Shown here: positions 25,733-38,122 of the stretch, one piece after another
Layout: each line of letters opens with the position of its first letter
Numbering within the stretch: position 1 is the stretch's first letter
From: Eledone cirrhosa
Lineage: Eukaryota
Assembly (NCBI GenBank): GCA_964016885.1
Contig: OZ024744.1
Span: forward strand, 59,706,001-59,770,000
Direction: 5' to 3'
Length of the DNA: 64,000 nucleotides
Position numbers and translations under genes: made by a program
The notes under the pieces: model-generated
Databases searched by the model: none
What the model was told of the DNA's origin: nothing
Seen by the model: only the letters and a program-made list of their open reading frames with translations

Positions 25733-25928
25733 TGGATTGGCAGTATCGGTAGAGGATCGGATGTCATGCTTTGACGGATGGCCCTTGCCATTCTGAGTTC
25801 AAATTCCGCCGAGGTTAACTTTGCCTTTCATCCTTACGGGGTCGATAAAATAAAGTACCAGTAATGCACTGGGTAGTTGCTAGCCTTGTGCCAAAAGTAG
25901 AAACAATTATAATAATATTATTATTATT
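25733..25928 (+). mobile_element. SINE copy with ATT tail
   Basis: GGATTGGCAGTATCGG...GAGTTCAAATTCC...core...GAAACAATTAT. Confidence 0.9.
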
Positions 25929-26099
25929 CACTCACGAATACATTTAGGTATCCACCATGTTTAATTTCCGGCAAAGCTCGGTATGCAAGCGAGGCTAATC
26001 AGCCGATGTATACATTTCAGAATACTATGTATTCCCTGCAGTTCCAGCAGGTAGCAAGCGCGGAGAAAACACACTCTTGAGAATACACGATCTCCATAT

Positions 26100-27162
26100 T
26101 TGTTGGGGTTTCCCTTGGGAACCTCTTTAAAAGCCTACTGGCGGCTCTCCCATTAGTGATCCCTACGTCAGCTGAAAAACTTTCCCTAATGATTTTGAAG
26201 GCACCCGGTGATTGTTTTAAACCATAATTAGAGATTCAGGCACTTTAAATGAGTTGGTGCCAAAAATCTCCCCTCTTTCTCAATCTCTTTACTTCATGCT
26301 ATGAGGGCCATCAGTTTAAAGTTGGTCCTTCTTACTGGTATCTGTGGTATCTGTTTCAGGTGTTAGTGGGAGTGTGTTTTTGTGTTTAGAGGAGACGGAG
26401 AGAGAGAGAGAGAGAGGGGTAAGGGACCATTTTTTACGGATACCTTGGGTGGTTTTGTTGGAGTCTGTTGCTCCTGTTGTTCTAGTTGTTGGTGTCGCAG
26501 TTGCTGTTGCTGTTGTTGTTGTGAATTTTGAGGTTCCGGTGTCGGCAGCAAGGGGACCCTGTGGTACCTTATTTTCTGTTAACAGCAAAAAGCTCTTAAA
26601 CATCTGTTTTTCCATCAAAACTGACAACGGGGCTTTTCAACCCTAAAAAATCACTCTTAGCTCCACACCACCTGCAAGGCAACATGGGTCTGGGATCTTT
26701 TCGATTTTGTTTGGTTTGATCTGAAGAAGTATCTCCAGACTAACTCCAGAACAGTTCTCTCTCCGAATCCGTTTTTCAGGGGACCACAGAGTACTTTTCT
26801 GCAAGGATCTTGCTATTGAAGAGCACCAAACTACTTGGCTCTTTCCACGTGTTGAATGTCTGGCATTAAGCCTTCAGAGCAGCCTCCAAATGGGATGGCG
26901 GCGTTACCTCCGGCTTTTGGGATTTAATGCCAATACATTTATATATGGGAATCTTTCTATGTTGGTTCAGGTTTTCTCTACTTTTACAAACTTGGCTGTC
27001 TTAGCAAAACACCCATCCCTCCTATTCAAATCCGTATTAAACAGTTCGGTTGTTTTCGCAGCTGTAGCGGCAAATGTGATTTTGTTGTTGTTGTTCTGGT
27101 TGTTATCGTTGCTGTAGTTTCTGCTGTTGTTTTGTAGCCGTTGCCGTTGTCGCTGCTGCTGT

Positions 27163-27200
<38 letters not shown>

Positions 27201-27572
27201 GGGACAGTGGTCTTGTTGGTGATGTCTGCAGTGATGGTGGGGGTGGTGATGGTGATATTGTTGCTAATACTCTCTGAGCTCCGAATTGTTGTCATGGCGC
27301 ACGCTTTTCTGGAGGAAAATTTAGCCGCTCATTGGAGGTGGGTGTAACCGCCATTTAGTTTTACCAAAAACTTGTAGGCATTATTTAAAATCTAAAGTTT
27401 ATATATTTGGGCCAAAAGCCCAAATATTATAGGGATTCCTTTCTTCGGAACTAAGACTGGCACCTTGTATCCCTTTTGGAACAAAACTTTTAAACCAATT
27501 ACCTATTTAAAGGGGTGAAATAAAACAAAACTTATAAAGCAATGTGCACACAAGTCTTGATAGACTCAACAA
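26100..27572 (-). mobile_element. Tx1-clade 5' UTR and degenerate ORF1 relic
   Basis: 27415-27490 resembles the 5' UTR at 9850-9920. It has Asn/Thr-rich tracts and a remnant (RHSTRGKSQ; CCLAGGV) aligning with ORF1 at 8.5-9.5 kb. Confidence 0.7.
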
Positions 27573-27639
27573 CAAATACAATAATAATAAGGATTTCTGA
27601 TTTAAAATGATACATGTTATTGGTCACAAGTGCCCAGGA

Positions 27640-29030
27640 CTTCTTCTTCTTCTTCTTCTTCTTGAGAGAGTCGTCCTCAACCACTCCCTTCAGCGGGCCC
27701 TGTCAGAAGCAACTGTCTACAACTGATTTGGCTGGATCCTCAAGTGTGACTAGCCAAGCTCATGGATGTTATCCAACCATCTTGCTCAAGGTCTACCCCT
27801 AGGTCTCCTGCCGGTTGGTTTTGCCTGTAAAATCTATCCACCGATTCTTTCCTGAGACATTCTAACCACATGTATTGGAGCTGTAATCTCTCTATTCGGA
27901 GAAGTAGCGGCTCTAGCTGGAGTGACTCTCTGATGTCCAAGCCACGCACTCTATTGAGTAAAGTTACTCCAAAGACGCTTCGGAGGAACCCTATTTTGGC
28001 CACTTGTATTCGCGATTGTATTCTTTCGGTCATTACCCAAGATTCATGATCATAGGTAACGGTTGGCACAAATATCAAATTGAAAATAGCGTGTTTGGTT
28101 TTTACACTTACCTACCTTCTGATTATCGAATGATGAAACTGGCGCATTACTGCACCAGCTCCTGCAATTCTTGCATTTAATTCAGCCTCCTGCCTTCCAT
28201 CACTCGTGAACACGACCCCGAGGTACTTGAACTTCTCAATCTGCTCCTGTGGAACTCCATTTACATGTAGTGTGCACTGCGCAGGTTTCCTTGAGAGGAC
28301 GAGTGCCTCAGTTTTCGCTGCACTGATTTGTATTCCAGCCATGCAGCACTCGGCATTAAACTTATCAAGTGCAAGTCGGATATCACCTCCTGTCGAGTTA
28401 AATAACATCATGTCATCTGAAAAACCCAATCGACTGATCTTACACCTACCAGTCATGATACCACTTCCAACTTGGCGGCGCATGTCAATCCTGTTCATGA
28501 AAATAATGAACAGAAGAGGTGACAGTATGCACCCTTGGCGTAGTCCAACTCCCACATTGAATGGTTTTGATCTAGTATAATTTATCCGAAGACAAATACT
28601 CAGGCATTCGTATAGAGACATCAGGGCAACAAGAAGCTAACTATCGATTCCATACTCCTGCAGAACCTTCCACAGCAGGTCCTGAGGAACGAGGTCATAT
28701 GCCTTTTCGAAGTCTACAAAACAAGAATATATCTCTTGCTAATACTACCACAATTTCGCGAAGACCTGCCGCTGTGTGAATATATCGGATTATCACTCCC
28801 TATTGTCTTTGCTTATGTGCCTTTCCAGAGATCCAGGTCACCCGGCACACGCGTGTCAGCCAGAGAATACTTTCTTTATTTGGGGCTTTTATTATCTCAG
28901 GCCGGATTTCATCATCCCCAGCGGTCTTGCTACATTTGAGCTCTTTAGCTACGCTTTTGACTTCAGCCTCCGAGAGATTAGTCTTACTTTCAGATGCACA
29001 TCGTATACATCAGAAGATGCTGTTTTGATG
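27640..29030 (-). mobile_element. RTE-clade LINE, 5'-truncated, (GAA)n tail
   Basis: FVDFEKAYDLV, GLRQGCILSPLLF, FSDD, EKFKYLGV and TYDHESW motifs. Tail at 27640-27663. Confidence 0.88.
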
Positions 29031-29503
29031 ACATAGAAGAAATGCAAGGGTGGATTACAGCATAAAGTAGAGTTTACATTGAGTAAATAGATTTAAAAAA
29101 AAAAAAAAAAAACCCCAAAAAAGTAACAATAAATTTCCAACAAGAATTTTCCCCAATAGCAAGAGAAGACTGCACCCCCACCCCCAAAAAACACTCGGAT
29201 TACACTATATTACCAAAGGCATTGAAAGTGTCCACTCCTAGTTTCTTTCTCACCTATTTTAGAACAGCATAGTCAGAGTAGGCCCATTTAGCCGAATCAA
29301 CCGGAACACACGTTGTGGAAAGCGAAGGAGGTTCATCAACTATTTTACTGCGGCCATGCTAAAGCCCCAACCTCCGTGCTCATTCATTAGCTGTGGTATA
29401 TTTTTATCTATTTTTGGTCGAACTACTAAGTTATGAGGGCACAAACAAATAGTAAACATAAACATATACGAACATATACACACACACACACGCACACACA
29501 CAC

Positions 29504-30655
<1,152 letters not shown>

Positions 30656-31009
30656 TATATATAAATAAATATATAGATAAGATGGGCTTTACACAGTTTC
30701 CTTCACATGTTATTGGTCAACCCGAGGATCTAATAGAATACACTGACCCGAAGTGCTTAGCAGCTGGATTGAAACAGAACTCACATGGTTGCGAAGCGAA
30801 CTACTTATGTACACATCCACGTCTGCGCCTATATAATTGAAATATTTAATTCATTAAGCTAACCGTAATAATCCAGTGCAAGCAAGCATCCACCCTAGCC
30901 ATTCCAGTGACGGCAGGTGGTCTGCATCACATCGTATCGTCATCTGTTTCCTTTCATACCAAACAAAACAAGCATCTTTGCGTCAGAGACGTTTTACGTA
31001 GATACTTTG

Positions 31010-31185
<176 letters not shown>

Positions 31186-31239
31186 GTGTGTATGTATGTA
31201 TTTATCTCCTCCCCCCCCCACTCTCTCTCTTTGAATGTA

Positions 31240-31290
<51 letters not shown>

Positions 31291-31527
31291 GCGGACGTTG
31301 ATAGTTTCTTTTATCAAGAACCGAAAGCATTCGTAATGACAGATGTCGTTTGATAGATTTTCCAAGACATTCGCACATGTTGCTTCTGATGTCACTGCGT
31401 CTGCGTAAGTGTGTTAGGGTGGCTGAAGGGTTTTACATAACTAGATATGATACGATATGATATGGTATGATGTGATGTAGCACACATCAACATTCATGAG
31501 TTCACACCCATCGGCAAGGGTAAATAT

Positions 31528-31570
<43 letters not shown>

Positions 31571-31574
<4 letters not shown>

Positions 31575-32095
31575 TTTGAGTATATGTTGGTTATATACCA
31601 ACACCTCAATATGCAAGCTGGAGCACTCGACGAAGTGCGCAGGTTGGTTTGGTTACTCCGGAGTAATGTAAAATAAAGTAGAATAAATAAGTCAAATGTT
31701 TAAAATTTAGCTTCGTTTATTACTGCTATATATATTTCGGTGACAGCCATCTTTGGCTGTGGCCTCTTCAGGCAGTCCGAATTAGTGTGGTATAGACAAG
31801 TACATATGTTGTTGAGGTGTATAATTTTGTCAATACTCTGATATGCCCAGTTCCTGGTTGGGTTGTTATTTCACTGAGGAACTGGAATCATATGAATTCA
31901 AACAAACGAATTTCAGTGTCAAAGGGCCTCTTCTCCTCTCATTGGTCAGTTGTTAAAACATTCCTCATTCAAAAGTCTATAGAAGTTCATTCTGAGGCAA
32001 GCCAATCTGTAGTTGTTGTTCTTGTTATTGTTAGGTACATCTGACCTCAATTCTTGTGTTGGTAGTGTTGTTATTGTTGGAGTTAGCTTAAAAAA
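31571..32095 (-). mobile_element. PLE-type 3' module, same family as 21638-22105, without fold-back
   Basis: 31571-31885 is the reverse complement of 21814-22105 (high identity). 3' end at (TA)n. Confidence 0.85.
31722..31776 (-). ncRNA. Minimal type I hammerhead ribozyme
   Basis: Minus strand: ACTGC-CTGAAGA-GGCCACAGCCA(AAGA)TGGCTGTCACC-GAAA-TATATA-TA-GCAGT. Confidence 0.85.
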
Positions 32096-32294
32096 TTGAT
32101 AAAGTGGTAGAAGGAACAAGGTGTGAGGGGGGGGGGGACCACCCCACGATAGATTTCCCAGAGCGGGCAACGACCACCCCACAGATTCGGGCCGTGAAGA
32201 TAACAAAAAGCATAGCGCCCAAAGGGGAAGCAACAGTGCGGGAACCACACGCAACCCAACAAACCTCCAACAAATCACAACGCCCCCGACCCAC

Positions 32295-33129
32295 ACATAT
32301 AGGAAGAGACACAGAAAAATCACGTGGTACAACCCACCCTACTCAGCGGCCCTAAAGAACAGCTTGGCCCGATCATTCTTTGCAGCACTTGATAAATGCT
32401 TCCCGAGGGACCATAGATACCACAAGATCTTCAACAGACACACTGTGAAGCTCTCGTATTCCACCACGAGAAATCTGTCCCAACACATTGCTAGCATCAA
32501 CAGGAGTAGGCTTAAAAACCACACACAACCAGAAGATGGCAATACAAGCACTCAGCAGAACCATGTGAAAGGAGGGAAGGGACCCAGAGCCCACCCAAGA
32601 AACCCAAACAGACCCGGGGACCCCCCCACCGTGCCTGGGGGAAGACCACCATGTAACACCTAACGGGAACCCCAGTCTAGGCACGCAGAGGTCGACCACC
32701 CTCTGCAACTGCAGAAACCCCGAATCATGCCCCCTTGGTAATAAATGCCTTAAGAAGAACCTAGTATACGGTTGTAGGGTTAAAACCCCCAACTCCGAAC
32801 ACCTCTACATAGGAGCCACATCAACGAGCTTTAAAGACCGCTGGTACAACCATCGCCATTCATTCAATAAGGAGGCCAAAAGGAAAAGCACGGCTCTCTC
32901 CGACCTGATCTGGAAGCTTAAGCTGGACAGGACCCCGTACTCTCTGGCCTGGTACATAATCAGGAAAGTACCACCCGATAAAGGGGGATCTTGCATATGC
33001 AAACTATGTCTGAACGAGACCCTCGAGATACTAAGAGGTGGAAGCGGCCTGATAAACCTCAGAACCGACTTCTTCGGGAGATGCAGACACCTTAGAGCCG
33101 GGACCTTCCTCAAGATATATGGACAGTAG
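32295..33129 (+). pseudogene. Penelope-like element C-terminus: thumb/linker and GIY-YIG endonuclease (Naiad-like), one frameshift
   Basis: RKITWYNPPYS...KIFNRHTVKLSYS in frame 3. Frame 1 from 32701 reads LCNCRNPESCPLGNKC..NLVYGC...LYIGATSTSFKDRWYNHRHSF...CKLCLNE...LINLR..CRH, stop at 33127-33129. This frame is absent from the ORF track. Confidence 0.9.
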
Positions 33130-33732
33130 CAACACAAGAAGATGTGAACTCCCCCCAAGCTATAGGGAATTATCCAGAACATGTAGACACCTCTCGGCCA
33201 GACCTCCCTCAAGCTATATGGGCAATAACAACACCCTAGGTTGAGAACTCCCCTCAAGCCATAGGGAACAACCCAGGCTGAGCAGACACCATGATAGCCT
33301 AGAGATTGTATCGGACACAGCCATTATAATTTGGCCAACATCTATATAACACAAACACATTTAAATTTACTTGATTTCCGATTTTCAATTTTCAATTTTA
33401 AATCTTAATTTTTCTTTATTAATTTGTTATTTATTTTCTGCCCTCTTCACTGTATCACCTTATATTTATTTTTAAGTTGAGATAGATTATAACACAAACA
33501 CATTTTGTTTGATTATCTTAATCCTTTATTATTTTATTATTTTAACATCTTGTTCCTCATACCAATCTATCCAACATATTTCTGAAATTCCGTCTTCATT
33601 TTTTTCAACTTATCGTTTTCGGTATGCCTGACCGATTTAACTCACTCAATATGCAAATTAGGCTGCTCAGCCGTTAATTTTCATAAGGAAAGTATATACT
33701 TTCGAACGTTCAACTATCTGGCAGATGGGTAT

Positions 33733-33775
33733 ACGGTGCTGATGATAGCTAACAAGCTTGAAACTAGTACATCGT
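33733..33775 (+). ncRNA. Minimal type I hammerhead ribozyme in the 3' region of the PLE
   Basis: ACGGTG-CTGATGA-T-AGCT(AACA)AGCT-T-GAAA-CTAG-TA-CATCGT. 6-bp stem I with one G-U pair and palindromic stem III ACTAGT. Confidence 0.88.
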
Positions 33776-34006
33776 TCCTGTGTCAGTGTTGAACAAAAAG
33801 GTGACGTGGTTGCTTTAACACCGTATGGCATAAATTCAGGCTGTTCAGTTTGTTTACAAACGAACAAAGCGGCGTTATAATAAGCATCCGCTAAACTGAT
33901 GCGTGCATATATGTATGTGTACCTGTATGTATATATATATATATATATATGCATGCTACTGTACGTCTGTATACATATATGTATGTACGTATACATACAT
34001 ACTTAC

Positions 34007-34080
<74 letters not shown>

Positions 34081-34085
<5 letters not shown>

Positions 34086-34245
34086 AACCAGTAAGACCCC
34101 GACAGCTGAGCTCAAGCCGTTTCGACGGCTAATTCTGGACTCAGCTGTCGGGGTCTTACTGGTTCCTATTACCCACTCTACTACCTCAAGTATTGAGTAC
34201 TTTGGTGCGTTATGGTCCACCTGGTTCCTTACCACATTTCCTTCG

Positions 34246-34248
<3 letters not shown>
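34081..34248 (+). repeat. Short fold-back module between (TA)n tracts, perfect 30-bp arms 34081-34110 and 34140-34169
   Basis: ATAGGAACCAGTAAGACCCCGACAGCTGAG and its reverse complement. The spacer holds an AGCCGT-TTCG-ACGGCT hairpin. Confidence 0.9.
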
Positions 34249-34327
<79 letters not shown>

Positions 34328-36762
34328 TGAGCTGGTTCTTTATTATCAGTGATTAGTTCTTTACTAATAGGAATTTTTTTTGTATTTCACCACGGTCGAC
34401 ATAATGGGCTTGGAGAGTTGACTCCCTTGAAGTCTGACCACTCGATAAGTTAGGGGTTGTGCCCCTTGAGCAGGGGTGTGTATAGCTGGTCTACCTGCTG
34501 TCTGCTACTACCCGAGACTGGACACGGTCGTAGCCACAGGCCAGCGCGTGCGCGATAGCATAGAATGTATATTTTCTGCTAGTCACCCCGTGTAATATGA
34601 TACCCTAAGATTCCATGCTTGAGATTCACCGAAGCATGCGCAGTCTTAACCGGGAGATGACATGCGAACTTGAAAATACCACAAGCGAGACCCTCTGGAT
34701 AACGTAGACGCAGGACCATACCCGCAAATACATACCCTGATCTGTCTTGAATATACAGGGCTGACGGAATATGGATAACACGACCACCATCTAAGCAAAC
34801 AAAGAGGGGACAGCCCTTCGCTTTTGACCAGTCACGTGCGGACTTGGAGTTCGTAATATACCACCCCAGTCAAATCCACACTGGTGTTTTAACAATATAG
34901 CATGTAGACCAATACATCCTGCGTAGCCAAACCTTGGACTTAGAACCGGCAGGCTCGTCTATCGCGAAAGCGTTCAACCCCTGAAACTAAAAGATCGAAC
35001 GGACCACATCCGGCAACCACTGGCTATTAGATCCACAGGTACATCTCCCAGAGAGTCCACGCAGATAATAGTGAACCCCAGGTGATCTATGAACGTTTAA
35101 ACAAGACCAGCTGCGCCTGGAGCTATGCAGATGACTGCAGACGCATAATGGATATCGTGCCTGGAGCTATGCAGGGGACTGCATAGGCAGAATGGATATC
35201 GCGCCCACACGGTCACCAGTACTGTTTATCCTGTTATATGTATGTAAATATCCGTGCGCGGGATATCCCTGAGTACATTTTCTTGACCATCAATTGTTAA
35301 TCAATTGTTTGTTAATTAGGCAGGAATGTACCATTGTGTCTGTGCTAGTCCTATGTGTTGCTGTGTGTGTGTAAAGTATCCGAGCGCGGGATATCCCTGA
35401 GCTAATTCTGCCTGACCGTTAATAGTGTTCTGATTACTTGTTGATTGGGCAGGAATATATATTGTTGTCTTTGTTGATCCTGTATCAATAACTTTGATAA
35501 TTTTGTAATAATTTTATGATAATTTGATAATTTTGTAATGATTTTGTGGTAATTTTGTGATGATTTGATAATTTTGTAATGATTTTGTGGTAATTTTGTA
35601 ATAATTTTGTAATAATTTTTAATCCTGTATCAATAATTTTATAATAATTTTTTGTGATAATACATGGTTAGATCACTGAAGCTACCTTATACCTTCTTAA
35701 AAATACATTTTATAATTATTGTCTTTTTGCTTATGTATTTTCTTAGTTACCACTTTCTTTAATCTTGCCCAACTTGATAAACTCCTTGAATTGCTCCCTA
35801 ATTAAATTACTTAAATTGCTTAGATTATTGTATCTATTATGCCTAAGTTGTATCTGTTGAAGCAGCCCTTTGAAAATTCCTCGGATATCCCAAATACCGT
35901 AATTTTTAATTTTTAACTTTTAATGTATAATTTTCCTCAATTCGTTTTTATATTTATCCTTAAAGGGTCTCTAAAATTTTAATTCTTCGAAGGGTCTCTC
36001 GGAAGAAGTTCCTATTGGAAATATTAAAGGGGCCTTTTCTGAGAGATTTATGGAAGGCTCTCTGAATTAACCTCTAATTGATTAGTTTCTTTCAACCTAG
36101 TTTTCAATTCAGTTTTCTGAATTTTGTAAACGTGATCTCGGGGGAAGAAGGTTTTTTCTTTCGGAAAACATTTTTTTTCTCTAGAAGAAATTTCATAGGA
36201 ACTTTATATATTTTTTAGGGAAACTTTATATTTTTATTTTATTATTTTATTAGCCTCTTAATTTTCTTTTAGTCTAATAGGTTTATTGGAGCCTGTAAGC
36301 TTTATGCACTCATTGAGGGATTTTCTAAGGTGCTTCTACGGGACCCCAAGTCTTTTAGTTTAATGTTGATGCGTAAATTATATATTATTGTCTAATTTTT
36401 AAACTTCAATCCCTGACCCCGACAACTATTATAAAAGAGCCCCCTTAGAATATAGACCCCAACTATACAAGCGAAGTTGCTGATGTATACCACAATTTCA
36501 AACTGCTAGCCTTGAGTGATACGTTGATGTAAACAATGATCTTGCAATCACATGTTATATGCCTTGATAAGTCCCACCATGGGGTCGGACGAAACGGCTG
36601 TCGGCAATAAACTTGTTATAATGTCATAATAGTTCCTTTGTTCTTTTTCACTAATATTTCTGCTCTGCGTATACGCATGGAGCTTAACTAGCTACCGTCA
36701 CATATTTGGTAAGTCAGGCGTGATCATCGCGATTCACATACGTCCTACCATACATCTTACTT
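34328..36762. mobile_element. Unclassified 2.4-kb (TA)n-flanked element with internal tandem repeats and a 3' hammerhead
   Basis: Bounded by (TA)n. Contains duplications at 35113-35205 and 35255-35490, an (ATAATTTTGT)n array at 35490-35660, and a hammerhead at 36560-36606. Confidence 0.55.
36554..36612 (+). ncRNA. Minimal type I hammerhead ribozyme, U3-A8 core variant
   Basis: TGCC-TTGATAA-GTCC(CACCATGGGGTC)GGAC-GAAA-CGGCTG-TC-GGCA. Confidence 0.78.
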
Positions 36763-36911
36763 ATATATATATATATATCAATATATATATATCTATATAT
36801 ATATATATATATATCACTCTCTCTTTCTGTTTATCTATCTATTTATCTCTTTATTTACCTCTCTCTCTCTTTATGTATTTATACTTATACACACATATAT
36901 ATATATATATA

Positions 36912-37669
36912 TTAACACAAATCAATATATTTGATAAACAAATCCTCATATTTATGTATGTATTGTAAATGACCAAGTTAGCTAGATAGAAATATACTAA
37001 TAATAATATTACAGTTTGCCTATCATGACTTAAGATAATACATCATAAATCAACAAAAACAAATTGTATTGACAATGGCCGTGGTGCTTGGACAAATTTA
37101 AATTTCAAAATCAAACCTGTTCCGTAGACAGGTTTAAACCTTAAAATCCAAATATGTTTCGAATAATGAAAAAGTGGAAGGAATACCGCATTTTGATCTC
37201 CTCAGCAAGCACTATAAAAATTGGTATGTTCCACTTCAAAATATTTAGGAAGACTGTTTAACGCACGAGGTAACCAATTTTTATAGTGCTTGCTGAGGAG
37301 ATCAAAATGCGGTATTCCTTCCACTTTTTCATTATTCGAAACATATTTGGATTTTAAGGTTTAAACCTGTCTACGGAACAGGTTTGATTTTGAAATTTAA
37401 ATTTGTCCAAGCACCACGGCCATTGCCAATACAATTTGTTTTTGTTGATTTATGATGTATTATCTTAAGTCATGATAGGCAAACTGTAATATTATTATTA
37501 GTATATTTCTATCTAGCTAACTTGGTCATTTACAATACATACATAAATATGAGGATTTGTTTATCAAATATATTGATTTGTGTTAACCTATATTACACGG
37601 CTCAGAATAGTCTTTCTTCGAGCTATTTCATTGTAAATGATCGCCTGAGATTTGAACTCATTATTATTG

Positions 37670-37675
<6 letters not shown>
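36912..37675 (+). mobile_element. Fold-back module in (TA)n: 314-bp arms 36912-37225 and 37273-37586, right arm runs on to ~37675
   Basis: Arms are reverse complements with one mismatch seen (37071 region versus 37426). Spacer is 47 nt. Confidence 0.9.
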
Positions 37676-37710
<35 letters not shown>

Positions 37711-38122
37711 GTAAAATAAGAAAATGCGAAGAATTTCAGATGTTAAAGTCTCTTATTGACAAGGATGTAATACATATATCGATTAAGCCAGCAACCACGC
37801 GATTCTGCGTACCCAGTCGCATGAACTCATCAGACAGCTTCTTACATAATAAGGTTACGTTTCTGAGGCAATCCAAATTGAAACGACAAGGGAATGTGTG
37901 TATTTGAAAGAGGGATCAAAGTTCATCATCTTTCTTATAATCTGTAGATATGGTCAATATTGCTCCCCGAAACCTTAAGTAGCGCTTGTGTTCTGTGTAT
38001 AAACATAAAAAGTATATCTCAGCTCTCATGCCTGATTCAGCACTGTTTTCCTTTTTCCTAGTTCACACCTACAGATATTTACTAAATGCACATATACACA
38101 CCCCTATGTATATATATATATA

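Noticed and set aside
32566-32568. TGA just upstream of the GIY-YIG frame as a selenocysteine codon
   Set aside because: The conserved upstream protein is in a different frame, so a simple frameshift in the linker explains it.
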